Shown one piece after another: positions 1 to 7,813 of a DNA stretch of 26,783 bases. Source of the DNA: Gammaproteobacteria bacterium (lineage in GTDB: Bacteria > Pseudomonadota > Gammaproteobacteria > UBA9214). Position 1 is the stretch's first letter; the number at the start of each line of letters is the position of its first letter. Location of the stretch: assembly GCA_003454335.1 (NCBI GenBank), contig DMKK01000244.1, positions 5,030 through 31,812 of the forward strand. The letters are read 5' to 3'. The position numbers were made by a program, and so were the translations under genes. Under the pieces are notes generated by a model. The model searched no databases and was not told where the DNA came from. It saw only the letters and a list, made by a program, of their open reading frames with translations.

Positions 1-354
1 GTGCTGTTCCTGTGGACGCCCCCCCACTTCTGGAGCCTGGCATTCAAGTACCGGGATGACTATGCAAAGGTAGGAGTGCCGATGTTACCGGTTGTGGTTA
101 ATGAACAAACCGCAGCCTATATCATCCTCGGGCACACAGTGCTGCTGGCAGGGCTCTCGCTGCTGCCGGTGATGTATGGTTTGGGATGGATCTATTTTTT
201 GGGCGCTGCAAGCGGCGGCGCCTGGTTTGTATGGACCAGCATCGCGCTGGCGCGTAACCCGTCTCCCGAGACGGCCATGACCAACTTCCACGCCTCGTTG
301 CTGCAACTGAGCCTGCTGTTGATCGCCGCCATTCTGGATGCCTGGCTGATCTAA
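1..354 (+). CDS. cyoE: Protoheme IX farnesyltransferase (heme o synthase), C-terminal part; truncated by the window edge
   Basis: [29 protein letters not shown] is the characteristic CyoE/CtaB/COX10 motif, followed by hydrophobic helices and the F..S..QL terminal segment. Confidence 0.93.
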   Translation: MLFLWTPPHFWSLAFKYRDDYAKVGVPMLPVVVNEQTAAYIILGHTVLLAGLSLLPVMYGLGWIYFLGAASGGAWFVWTSIALARNPSPETAMTNFHASLLQLSLLLIAAILDAWLI

Positions 355-393
355 TACTGGTTTAACCTGATATAGATAAAGATAAAGATCTTA

Positions 394-473
394 GCCACGG
401 AATCCACGGAAGAACACGAAAAGATTTCTTATAAGGCATTTATTTTTCCGTGTTCTTCCGTGGATTCCGTGGC
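394..473. repeat. Long inverted repeat (REP/MITE-like palindrome)
   Basis: Perfect 25-bp arms GCCACGGAATCCACGGAAGAACACG (394-418) and its reverse complement (449-473) around an AT-rich 30-bp spacer; a related copy lies at about 25041-25103. Confidence 0.85.
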
Positions 474-580
474 CATTTAATAATCGGGTCCTTTGCTTTA
501 GCCGCATTAACCACCGCGCATTACTATCAAGACGTAGCGTTATATAATTAGAATATTACCTGATATGAAATTTGAGACTT

Positions 581-1480
581 ATGATTACCACCAGTAACAA
601 AACACCCGCGTACCTCCTGCTCTTCATGGGCCTGCTCTTCATGGGCAGTGCTGTTGCGGTCGAGGAACATGCACATGAAATGGAGGCAATCACGACGGAA
701 CCCATGCAGGATCACGATCCCGCCATGCACCAGCATGAAAAGGGCGCGGACTATAACGAAAAGGCCGCCCTTGCCCTGAGTCAGGCGGCCATGGGACAGA
801 CGGTTGGCGATTACGACTTCCTGGACGGCAGTGGCAAACAAATAACGCTGGAATCCATGCGCGGTAAACCGGTGCTGATCAGCCTGATCTACACCAGCTG
901 CTACCATATCTGTCCAACGGTCACGACCAACCTGGAAAAAATCGTCGAGATTGCGCGCGACGCCCTCGGTGATGACAGTTTTTCAGTACTGACCATTGGC
1001 TTCGACACCCCGAACGATACCCCGGACCGGATGCGGCTGTTTGCCAAACAGCGCAACATTGACATCAACAACTGGCATTTTGTCAGTGCCAGCGCCGCGA
1101 CCATGAAAGACCTGGCCCAAGACCTGGGCTTCAGTTATTTCAGTACGGGCAAGGGCTTTGACCATATGATCCAGGCCACGCTGATCGACGCAGAGGGCAA
1201 GATCTACCGGCAAATTTACGGCATGGCCCCCGAACCACCCGCCCTGGTGGAACCCCTCAAGGAAATACTCTATGGCAAACAGGTGGCTGCTACACCGATC
1301 GAGGGCTGGATAAACAATATAAAGCTGTTTTGCACCGTATACGATCCAGCCACAGGCAGGTATCATTTCGACTACTCCTTATTTATCGCCCTCGGCGTCG
1401 GTCTGCTGCTGCTTGGCGGGACCGCCTGGTTTATTGTCAGTGCCTGGCGCAAGTCGCCAGCGCCCGGATCGGTAAAATAA
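581..1480 (+). CDS. SCO1/SenC-family copper chaperone with C-terminal membrane anchor
   Basis: CxxxC (SCYHICP), downstream His (FDHMIQ), thioredoxin-like SCO pattern (VLTIGFDTPNDTPDRM), N-terminal signal/TM, His/Met-rich segment, C-terminal TM; ATG at 581 preferred over TTG 572. Confidence 0.9.
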   Translation: MITTSNKTPAYLLLFMGLLFMGSAVAVEEHAHEMEAITTEPMQDHDPAMHQHEKGADYNEKAALALSQAAMGQTVGDYDFLDGSGKQITLESMRGKPVLISLIYTSCYHICPTVTTNLEKIVEIARDALGDDSFSVLTIGFDTPNDTPDRMRLFAKQRNIDINNWHFVSASAATMKDLAQDLGFSYFSTGKGFDHMIQATLIDAEGKIYRQIYGMAPEPPALVEPLKEILYGKQVAATPIEGWINNIKLFCTVYDPATGRYHFDYSLFIALGVGLLLLGGTAWFIVSAWRKSPAPGSVK

Positions 1481-1505
1481 ATCCAACCATGGGAATTCGC
1501 GACAC

Positions 1506-3077
1506 ATGAGCGGCTTGCGTACTGTTGCCAAGGCAGCCTTTGAATCCGTCGAGAATTTTTTCGACCGGGCCTTCGGTCCAGAGTTAAATCCCATGCACCA
1601 GCTGGGCGCACTTGGCTGGTTCTTTTACTGGATTGTCATTGTCAGCGGCGTCTATCTGTATATCTTTTTCGACACCGGCATTCACCAGGCCTATGAATCC
1701 CTGGAATACATAACCAACGTGCAGTGGTATGCCGCGGGCGTCATGCGCAGCCTGCACCGCTATGCATCTGACGCCCTGATCATCGTCATGATACTGCACC
1801 TGGTGCGCGAATTTGTCATGGACCGCTACCGGGGTGCCCGCTGGTTTTCCTGGTTTACCGGGGTGCCCCTGCTGTGGTTCGTATTTGCCTGCGGCATCAC
1901 CGGCTACTGGATGGTCTGGGACGTACTGGCCCAGTACATTGCCATCACCACCACGGAGTGGCTCGACACCCTGGGCATCTTTGGTGAAACGATTGCCCGG
2001 AATTTCCTGAATCCTGACATCCTCAGCGGCCGTTTCTTTACTCTCATGGTGTTCATTCACATTGCCGTGCCGCTGTTCCTGCTGCTGGCCATGTGGATTC
2101 ACATCCAGCGTCAGAACTATGCCAAGGTAAACCCGCCGAAGGGACTCGCTATTGGTACCCTGGGCATGCTGCTGGTACTGTCATTTATCAAACCGGCTGT
2201 CAGCCAGCCCCCGGCAGACCTGAGTATTGTGCCGGCAGTCATCGACCTTGACTGGTTTTACCTGGCGGCCTACCCCTTGCTCGATATCATTCCCGGGCTG
2301 ACCATGTGGGCAATCGCCGTGGGCGGCTCCCTGTTACTGGCGCTCCTGCCCTGGCTGCCACCCCGTCGCCGCGAGGCAGCAGCCGTGGTTGACCTCGACA
2401 ACTGCAACGGTTGCGGCCGCTGCGTGGATGACTGCCCGTTTACCGCAGTAATCCTTCAGCAGCGCACGGATGACACCGCTTTTTCGGAAGAGGCCATTGT
2501 CAACAGTAGCCTGTGCACCAGTTGCGGCATCTGCGTAGGCGCCTGCCCGACGTCCACCCCCTTCCGGCGCACCTCCGAACTGGTTCCGGGCATCGACCTG
2601 CCGGATCAGGGCATGCAGGCCTTGCGTGATGATGTCCTTGCGGCAGCGGCCAAACTGTCCGGAGAGACACGCGTCATTGTTTTCGGCTGCAAGAACGGCC
2701 CCGACCTGCAGCGGCTCAACGGACCCGCTGTTGCCGCCATGGAGCTGCAGTGCATTGGTATGCTGCCACCCTCCTTTGTCGATTTTCTCATCACCCGCCA
2801 TCACGTGGATGGGATCTTCCTGACGGGCTGTACCCTGGGAGACTGTCACAATCGGCTTGGCAACAAGTGGACAGAGCAGCGACTGGCCGGGGAGCGTGAC
2901 CCCTACCTGCGCGAGCGCGTGCCACGCGAACGCATCGGCAAATTCTGGGCCGGCCTGACCCACAACAAACGCCTGTCACAGGAAGTGGCCGCGTTCCAGG
3001 AACGGATCAAGGGACTCCCGCCTTACCATCGTCCGTCTCGCAAGCCGTCCGGTCAACAGCCCGCGGAGAGCAGCTAA
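1506..3077 (+). CDS. Fusion: cytochrome b/b6 N-terminal domain + 2x[4Fe-4S] ferredoxin + MvhD/FlpD-like Fe-S domain
   Basis: Heme b His pairs in RSLHRYASD..ILHLVR and FIHIAVP..WIHIQ; CNGCGRCVDDCP and CTSCGICVGACP; C-terminal FGC..LQCIGMLPPSFVD..DGIFLTGCTLGDCH..GN matches the MvhD pattern. Confidence 0.88.
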   Translation: MSGLRTVAKAAFESVENFFDRAFGPELNPMHQLGALGWFFYWIVIVSGVYLYIFFDTGIHQAYESLEYITNVQWYAAGVMRSLHRYASDALIIVMILHLVREFVMDRYRGARWFSWFTGVPLLWFVFACGITGYWMVWDVLAQYIAITTTEWLDTLGIFGETIARNFLNPDILSGRFFTLMVFIHIAVPLFLLLAMWIHIQRQNYAKVNPPKGLAIGTLGMLLVLSFIKPAVSQPPADLSIVPAVIDLDWFYLAAYPLLDIIPGLTMWAIAVGGSLLLALLPWLPPRRREAAAVVDLDNCNGCGRCVDDCPFTAVILQQRTDDTAFSEEAIVNSSLCTSCGICVGACPTSTPFRRTSELVPGIDLPDQGMQALRDDVLAAAAKLSGETRVIVFGCKNGPDLQRLNGPAVAAMELQCIGMLPPSFVDFLITRHHVDGIFLTGCTLGDCHNRLGNKWTEQRLAGERDPYLRERVPRERIGKFWAGLTHNKRLSQEVAAFQERIKGLPPYHRPSRKPSGQQPAESS

Positions 3078-3081
3078 AATC

Positions 3082-3585
3082 ATGGCTAGCATCTTTCAAT
3101 ACATCGGTCAGGCAATCGCCTATACACTGTTTGCTGTGTTCGTAGGCTACTTTGCCACCAAACCCGCCTATACCAACTTCCCACCGGACAAGGCACAGAT
3201 CAAGCTCAGTTTCGGCCATGCCGGCGAACACGCGACCGAATGCCGGCGCCTGACACAAGAGGAGCTGAACCAGTTGGCGCCCAACATGCGCCGTCCACTT
3301 GACTGTCCGCGTGGACGGCTGCCGGTACTGATCGAGCTGGAACTGGATGGCGAGCTGCTCTACAGTGAAGCATTACCACCCTCGGGCCTGGCAGGAGACG
3401 GCGTCTCTACTGCCTATAAAACATTTGCCGTAGACCCCGGCCAGCACCAGCTGGTTGCCCGGCTGCGCGACAGCAATCGCACCGAAGGTTTTGATTATGA
3501 GAAGACGTCCGAGATTACACTGTCACCGCAACAAAACTTTGTAGTTGATTTTCACCCGTCCAGGGACGGGTTCCTGTTTTTGTGA
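3082..3585 (+). CDS. Membrane-anchored hypothetical protein, probable partner of the cytochrome b fusion
   Basis: Starts 4 nt after the upstream stop; N-terminal TM helix; two Cys (ECRR, DCPR) in a soluble domain; normal codon usage. Confidence 0.8.
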   Translation: MASIFQYIGQAIAYTLFAVFVGYFATKPAYTNFPPDKAQIKLSFGHAGEHATECRRLTQEELNQLAPNMRRPLDCPRGRLPVLIELELDGELLYSEALPPSGLAGDGVSTAYKTFAVDPGQHQLVARLRDSNRTEGFDYEKTSEITLSPQQNFVVDFHPSRDGFLFL

Positions 3586-3592
3586 GGCTGTC

Positions 3593-3985
3593 ATGGTACT
3601 GATTGAATGGAAAAAGGAGTTCGAGGTAGGCGTACCCGATGTCGATCACGAGCATCAGGAGATCATCGACCTTATCAATAAGCTGCATGACGCCATGCGC
3701 GGTGAACATGCAACCATTTCCGTGATGGACTTCCTGGGCGAAATCTACGCGCATGTCTCGGCACACTTTGCGCTTGAAGAAAAAATCATGCGAACCAAAA
3801 GGTATGACCAGTATACGGATCATAAGGCAGACCATGAACGACTGCTTGATGAGCTGCGCGACATTATGGATGACTACGAAGAAAACGCCTACTTCAGCGA
3901 CGAGGAATTTGCCGGCCATGTCGAGCGCTGGTTCACCGAACACTTCAAGACAAAGGATGCACGCTTGCATAAGCACCTTGGGTAA
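3593..3985 (+). CDS. Bacteriohemerythrin (single-domain, di-iron)
   Basis: W....VG...VDHEH, HFALEE, HKADH and HFKTKD ligand motifs; ATG at 3593 after GAGG. Confidence 0.92.
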   Translation: MVLIEWKKEFEVGVPDVDHEHQEIIDLINKLHDAMRGEHATISVMDFLGEIYAHVSAHFALEEKIMRTKRYDQYTDHKADHERLLDELRDIMDDYEENAYFSDEEFAGHVERWFTEHFKTKDARLHKHLG

Positions 3986-4002
3986 CTATTCACCGGTACA
4001 TC

Positions 4003-4058
4003 TGTAGGGCCGAATTTACTCGGCCAATTCCGACCGGTCGAATAAATTCGCCTCTGCA
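4003..4058. repeat. GTAG-family REP-like palindrome
   Basis: TGTAGGGCCGAATTTACTCGGCC...GGTCGAATAAATTCGCCTCTGCA: two imperfect palindromic units in inverted arrangement, intergenic. Confidence 0.65.
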
Positions 4059-4119
4059 GTTATTCCTCTATTCGTGATTTTGCAGGGACGGTTTTTAAAT
4101 TATTCAGAGCTTCCCTAGT

Positions 4120-4599
4120 ATGTTCTCCGCATCCCCCCGTACCCTGAAGATTCTGGCTGCCCTGCTCTGGTACAGCGGCGCCATCATTCTGCTGACCAAG
4201 GGAACCACCCTGCTGCTTGAAGCTGATGCACTGCAACCGGGACGCCACTGGACATGGCTGACCGTCATTCTGGGGCTGTCCATTGGCGTGCTGAAGATAA
4301 AATTCATATTCCGCCGGGCTTGTCAGAAGAACCTCACGAGAATATCGCTTCTCAGTGAACCAAAAATATGGCAGTTTTACCGACCCGGATTCCTGTTGTT
4401 TCTGGCCGCCATGATTATTATCGGCTCGACCCTGTCCAGGATGGCGCATGGCAACTATCCATTCCTGATAGCCATGGCCGTACTGGATTTCAGTCTTGCC
4501 ACGGCATTGTTCGGCAGCAGCTACCTGTTCTGGCAACAACAGGCCTTTAAAAAAAGCTGTAGATCAGAAACTCCAATCAACGGAACAGATTCAAAATGA
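4120..4599 (+). CDS. Hypothetical inner-membrane protein (about 4 TM)
   Basis: 159-aa hydrophobic ORF; ATGA overlap with the next gene suggests translational coupling. Confidence 0.75.
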   Translation: MFSASPRTLKILAALLWYSGAIILLTKGTTLLLEADALQPGRHWTWLTVILGLSIGVLKIKFIFRRACQKNLTRISLLSEPKIWQFYRPGFLLFLAAMIIIGSTLSRMAHGNYPFLIAMAVLDFSLATALFGSSYLFWQQQAFKKSCRSETPINGTDSK

Positions 4600-5990
4600 G
4601 CATTGATCACTATAGCGATAGCGAAACCACCAACAAACTGGCACTGGAAATGCCGGGTGAACGGATGCGCCGCCTGACCACTGGCTGGTTGTTGCTGGCG
4701 CTGGGTTCACTGGTGGTTGGTGGACTGCTGACGATCGTGATCGTCCTGTCCCGCACACCCTATGTGCAGGATATTTTTCCCTGGGTCGACCTGTTCCATA
4801 CTGCGCTCGTGGTCCATGTTGATTTGACCGTACTGGTCTGGTTCCTGGGCATGGCCGGCGTTATCTGGAGTGTTAACAGTCAAAGCAGCTGCCTCCGCTG
4901 CGGTTGGGTAGCGTTATTCCTCTGTGCTACGGGCTCCATCATCATTTCCCTGTCGCCGTTTCTGGGATCGGCCAGCCCCTTGATGATCAACTATATTCCA
5001 ATCCTGGACGATCCCCTGTTTTTTTCGGGATTAATCATATTCGGGAGCGGCTTTCTCGCGCTGGTACTGCGCGGGCTGTTTTTTTCCCGCCCGATCGGCA
5101 TGCGTGTCACCGGACAGGGTGCCTTGCGTTTTGGCTTGTTTTCGGCTCTCATTTCCGCGGTGACTGCACTGGGTGCACTGCTTGGTTCCTGGCTTGGCAT
5201 ACCGGCATCAATACAGGGCGAGTATTACTATGAGCTGTTGTTCTGGGGCGGCGGACATACCCTGCAGTTCGTCCATATCCAGCTGATGCTGGTCTGCTGG
5301 CTGTGGCTGGCTACCGAGTCCGGAATTGCCTCCAGGCTAACACCGCGAACAGTGTTGTTGCTGTTCGCCTTTGGTCTGATCCCCGTGCTGATGACCCCTG
5401 TCGCCTATTTTATGTACGATGTGGGATCGGCAGAACATCAAATCGCGATGACCTGGTTGATGAAGTTCGGAGGTGGTCTGGCGGCACTGCCGATCAGTCT
5501 TGTTGTCATTTTCAATCTTGTCAATTCCTTGCAGAGCCCGGCAAGTCCCAGTCCGCAACGATCCGCGCTGTTTTCATCCATAATCCTGTTTGGGGTAGGC
5601 GGCATCATCGGTTTCATGATCGAGGGCAGTAACGTCACGGTCCCGGCCCACTACCATGGCTCCATTGTTGCCGTGACGCTGGCGTATATGGGTGTGACCT
5701 ATCACCTCCTGCCACTGCTCGGGTTCAGACGCCCCACAGGAAAGCTGGTTGTCCTGCAGCCCTGGATCTACGCCAGCGGACAGCTTATGCACGTAATCGG
5801 TCTGGCCTGGTCGGGCGGCTACGGCGTACAACGAAAAACCGCCGGAGGCGCCCAGGCCCTGGACGGGATAGAAAAGGTTGCCGGCATGGGATTAATGGGG
5901 CTGGGCGGTCTGGTTGCCGTTGTCGGTGGCATCCTGTTTCTGGTGATCGTCTTCAAGGCCATGTGGCCGGAAAAAAAGAACTCCCTGTAG
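4596..5990 (+). CDS. Heme-copper oxidase subunit I-like 12-TM protein lacking the CuB His-His motif
   Basis: About 12 hydrophobic segments; His in helix II (VVHVD), WGGGH in helix VI, AHYH in helix X, GVQRK in the G.PRR position; no HH after helix VII and Phe at the cross-link Tyr position (HTLQF vs HPEVY). Confidence 0.8.
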   Translation: MSIDHYSDSETTNKLALEMPGERMRRLTTGWLLLALGSLVVGGLLTIVIVLSRTPYVQDIFPWVDLFHTALVVHVDLTVLVWFLGMAGVIWSVNSQSSCLRCGWVALFLCATGSIIISLSPFLGSASPLMINYIPILDDPLFFSGLIIFGSGFLALVLRGLFFSRPIGMRVTGQGALRFGLFSALISAVTALGALLGSWLGIPASIQGEYYYELLFWGGGHTLQFVHIQLMLVCWLWLATESGIASRLTPRTVLLLFAFGLIPVLMTPVAYFMYDVGSAEHQIAMTWLMKFGGGLAALPISLVVIFNLVNSLQSPASPSPQRSALFSSIILFGVGGIIGFMIEGSNVTVPAHYHGSIVAVTLAYMGVTYHLLPLLGFRRPTGKLVVLQPWIYASGQLMHVIGLAWSGGYGVQRKTAGGAQALDGIEKVAGMGLMGLGGLVAVVGGILFLVIVFKAMWPEKKNSL

Positions 5991-6085
5991 GAGAGCAGCG
6001 TCGCCTACAAGGATGTAGGTGAGGGGCGTAAGCAGGACGCGGAAGCTTCCTCGCCGCGATTCGCGCCGGGGACGGAGCTCCTACA
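5986..6085. repeat. GTAG-family REP/BIME-like element
   Basis: Ends TGTAGGAG...CTCCTACA are inverted; internal GTAG/CTACA units and a CCGCGATTCGCG palindrome; lies between convergent genes. Confidence 0.7.
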
Positions 6086-6125
6086 ATATAAGTTTTACAC
6101 CGACTGGTTTACCGTAGAAGCCTGC

Positions 6126-6551
6126 TTAGGCTACGAAGAGATGAAATGCCATCAGGTAGATGATTACGCCGGTGATGGACACGTATAACCAGATCGGCAG
6201 TGTCCAGCGTGCAAGGCGCCGGTGGCGGGTGGTATTCCCCCTTATTGCCAGGCCTGCGGTAACCAGAACCAGCGGGAACAATACTGCGGCAAGGATCACA
6301 TGGGACGCAAGGATCGAAAAATAGACCGGACGGACAGCCCCGACCCCCGCAAACGGAATATTGCCGATTTTTGCATGGTAATAAAGATAAAAGACCATGA
6401 AGACAGTGGACACGAGCAACGCGCTCACCATGCAAATACGATGCGCCGCGGTGTTCTTTCGCCGCACAAAAAAATAACCCAGGCTCACCAGCGTTGCAGC
6501 CGTGGTATTGAGTATCGCGAGGAACGGCGGAATGACGGGAATGAGTTCCAT
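6126..6551 (-). CDS. DUF420 (YozB-like) membrane protein
   Basis: LN...A..L..GY..+RR....HR..M..A...S..F+..YL.YH and H..LA...+PL....H+R+ARWT.PIWLYVS+TG+++Y patterns. Confidence 0.9.
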   Translation of the reverse strand: MELIPVIPPFLAILNTTAATLVSLGYFFVRRKNTAAHRICMVSALLVSTVFMVFYLYYHAKIGNIPFAGVGAVRPVYFSILASHVILAAVLFPLVLVTAGLAIRGNTTRHRRLARWTLPIWLYVSITGVIIYLMAFHLFVA

Positions 6552-6647
6552 AAGAATTACGGATTATTACCGATTATCGAGTTCATGAATAGACAACCAT
6601 CCGCTCTCCCATCATGCTCGCTACGATTACCCAAGTCCGACAGGCCC

Positions 6648-7676
6648 CTACCCCAGGTAACGGCTGGCCTGTTTAAAAAAGTCGGGCCGCTCGGGCAGTT
6701 CACTGCGCAACAACCTTACCGGCAGGACAATCCTGCGCTCACCACTGGCCGAGAACAGCCCAATCAGCTGCAGATCGTTTGCAGGTATACTTGACGATGC
6801 ATCTGTCTTGATACCCATGGAATTCAGACGCATGTGCACTTCGTCCTGGTAAATCCAGTGCGCGGGCTGCGCCAGGACTTCGGCAAGTTGTTCAAGATTC
6901 CGTTCCAGCCCCCCGCTATCCCCACCAAGCTCCAGCAGTTCGGATTCCACTGCATCAATCTTTGCTGCCAGGCCAGCCAGATCCGGCGCCGGTTCTTCGC
7001 CATTCGAAAACATGGTTTCGAGGCCCCAGTCGCCAGCCTTCATGGCCTCGAGTTTTTTGTCCAGCAACCGCTGTTCGCGCTGCAGTTCCTGGCGCTTGCC
7101 GCGTGCACCCAGGATTTTTTCCAGTGCCAGCTTGAGCAAATAATCGAAAGCACGTTTCTTGAGTTCCAGGCGGGTTTCGGCTTCATTGTCGGCAGGACAT
7201 GCGAACCGGTGGTTGAAGAAACTGACGGAGACTTGCGCTACATCCCGCCGCACCTTGCCACCCTGTTGCTCCATACCGAGTATATTGCGTTCCTTCCACT
7301 CCAGGGTAAGCAGGCCGAAGATTTCATGGGGCGGGAGGCCGGACAGACCTTGCAGGTAATCGCTAATAGTACTGGATCCGCCCAGCATCTCCTGCAGATG
7401 ATCGTTTGACGCAAAAAAAGCGCGCAACCGAGGGTCGATGCTATAGCCTTGCCGGCTGAGTGGCACGGCTTCCGGCAAACCATCGATGAGCTCCATGACA
7501 TGCCTTACCGCCAGCTCGACGGGTTCGCGCAGCTGCTTGCGGTAATTGCCGAGCGCGCGCAGGCGCGGGTCTGTGCCCTCCACTGCCCGTTCGGTCGCCT
7601 GCTCGATCAGTACCTTGTCCAGTCCGCCGGACTTGCCTGTGTCAGGGGTAAACAGCGAACTCAAAAAATCCAGCAT
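6648..7676 (-). CDS. Hypothetical soluble protein with a central coiled-coil segment
   Basis: 342-aa ORF with AGAGACAG upstream of ATG; charged helical stretch ELQREQRLLDKKLEAMK; no recognised domain. Confidence 0.75.
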   Translation of the reverse strand: MLDFLSSLFTPDTGKSGGLDKVLIEQATERAVEGTDPRLRALGNYRKQLREPVELAVRHVMELIDGLPEAVPLSRQGYSIDPRLRAFFASNDHLQEMLGGSSTISDYLQGLSGLPPHEIFGLLTLEWKERNILGMEQQGGKVRRDVAQVSVSFFNHRFACPADNEAETRLELKKRAFDYLLKLALEKILGARGKRQELQREQRLLDKKLEAMKAGDWGLETMFSNGEEPAPDLAGLAAKIDAVESELLELGGDSGGLERNLEQLAEVLAQPAHWIYQDEVHMRLNSMGIKTDASSSIPANDLQLIGLFSASGERRIVLPVRLLRSELPERPDFFKQASRYLG

Positions 7677-7813
7677 CAGTGTCTGTCTCGTCTTTATTCA
7701 GAGGAGATTGAGGTTACCCGAAGCACGGAAGCACTGGCAACAGCAATCAGGGAATCGCTATGCATTCATACGGATTTTCTGCAGCGGGTCAGGAGCAGTT
7801 CGCCACCTCCACC

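Noticed and set aside
394-473. CRISPR-like repeat
   Set aside because: It is a single inverted repeat, not direct repeats with unique spacers, and there are no cas genes
4596-5990. cbb3 oxidase CcoN or functional NO reductase call
   Set aside because: Lacks the His-His CuB/FeB ligands and the active-site Tyr/Glu pattern; no ccoO/ccoP or norC adjacent
6222-7409. Plus-strand ORFs 6222-6794 and 6834-7409
   Set aside because: Antisense shadows of DUF420 and the 342-aa gene; no motifs. The same applies to the many other overlapping ORFs in the track, such as 19243-20214 and 21124-21801
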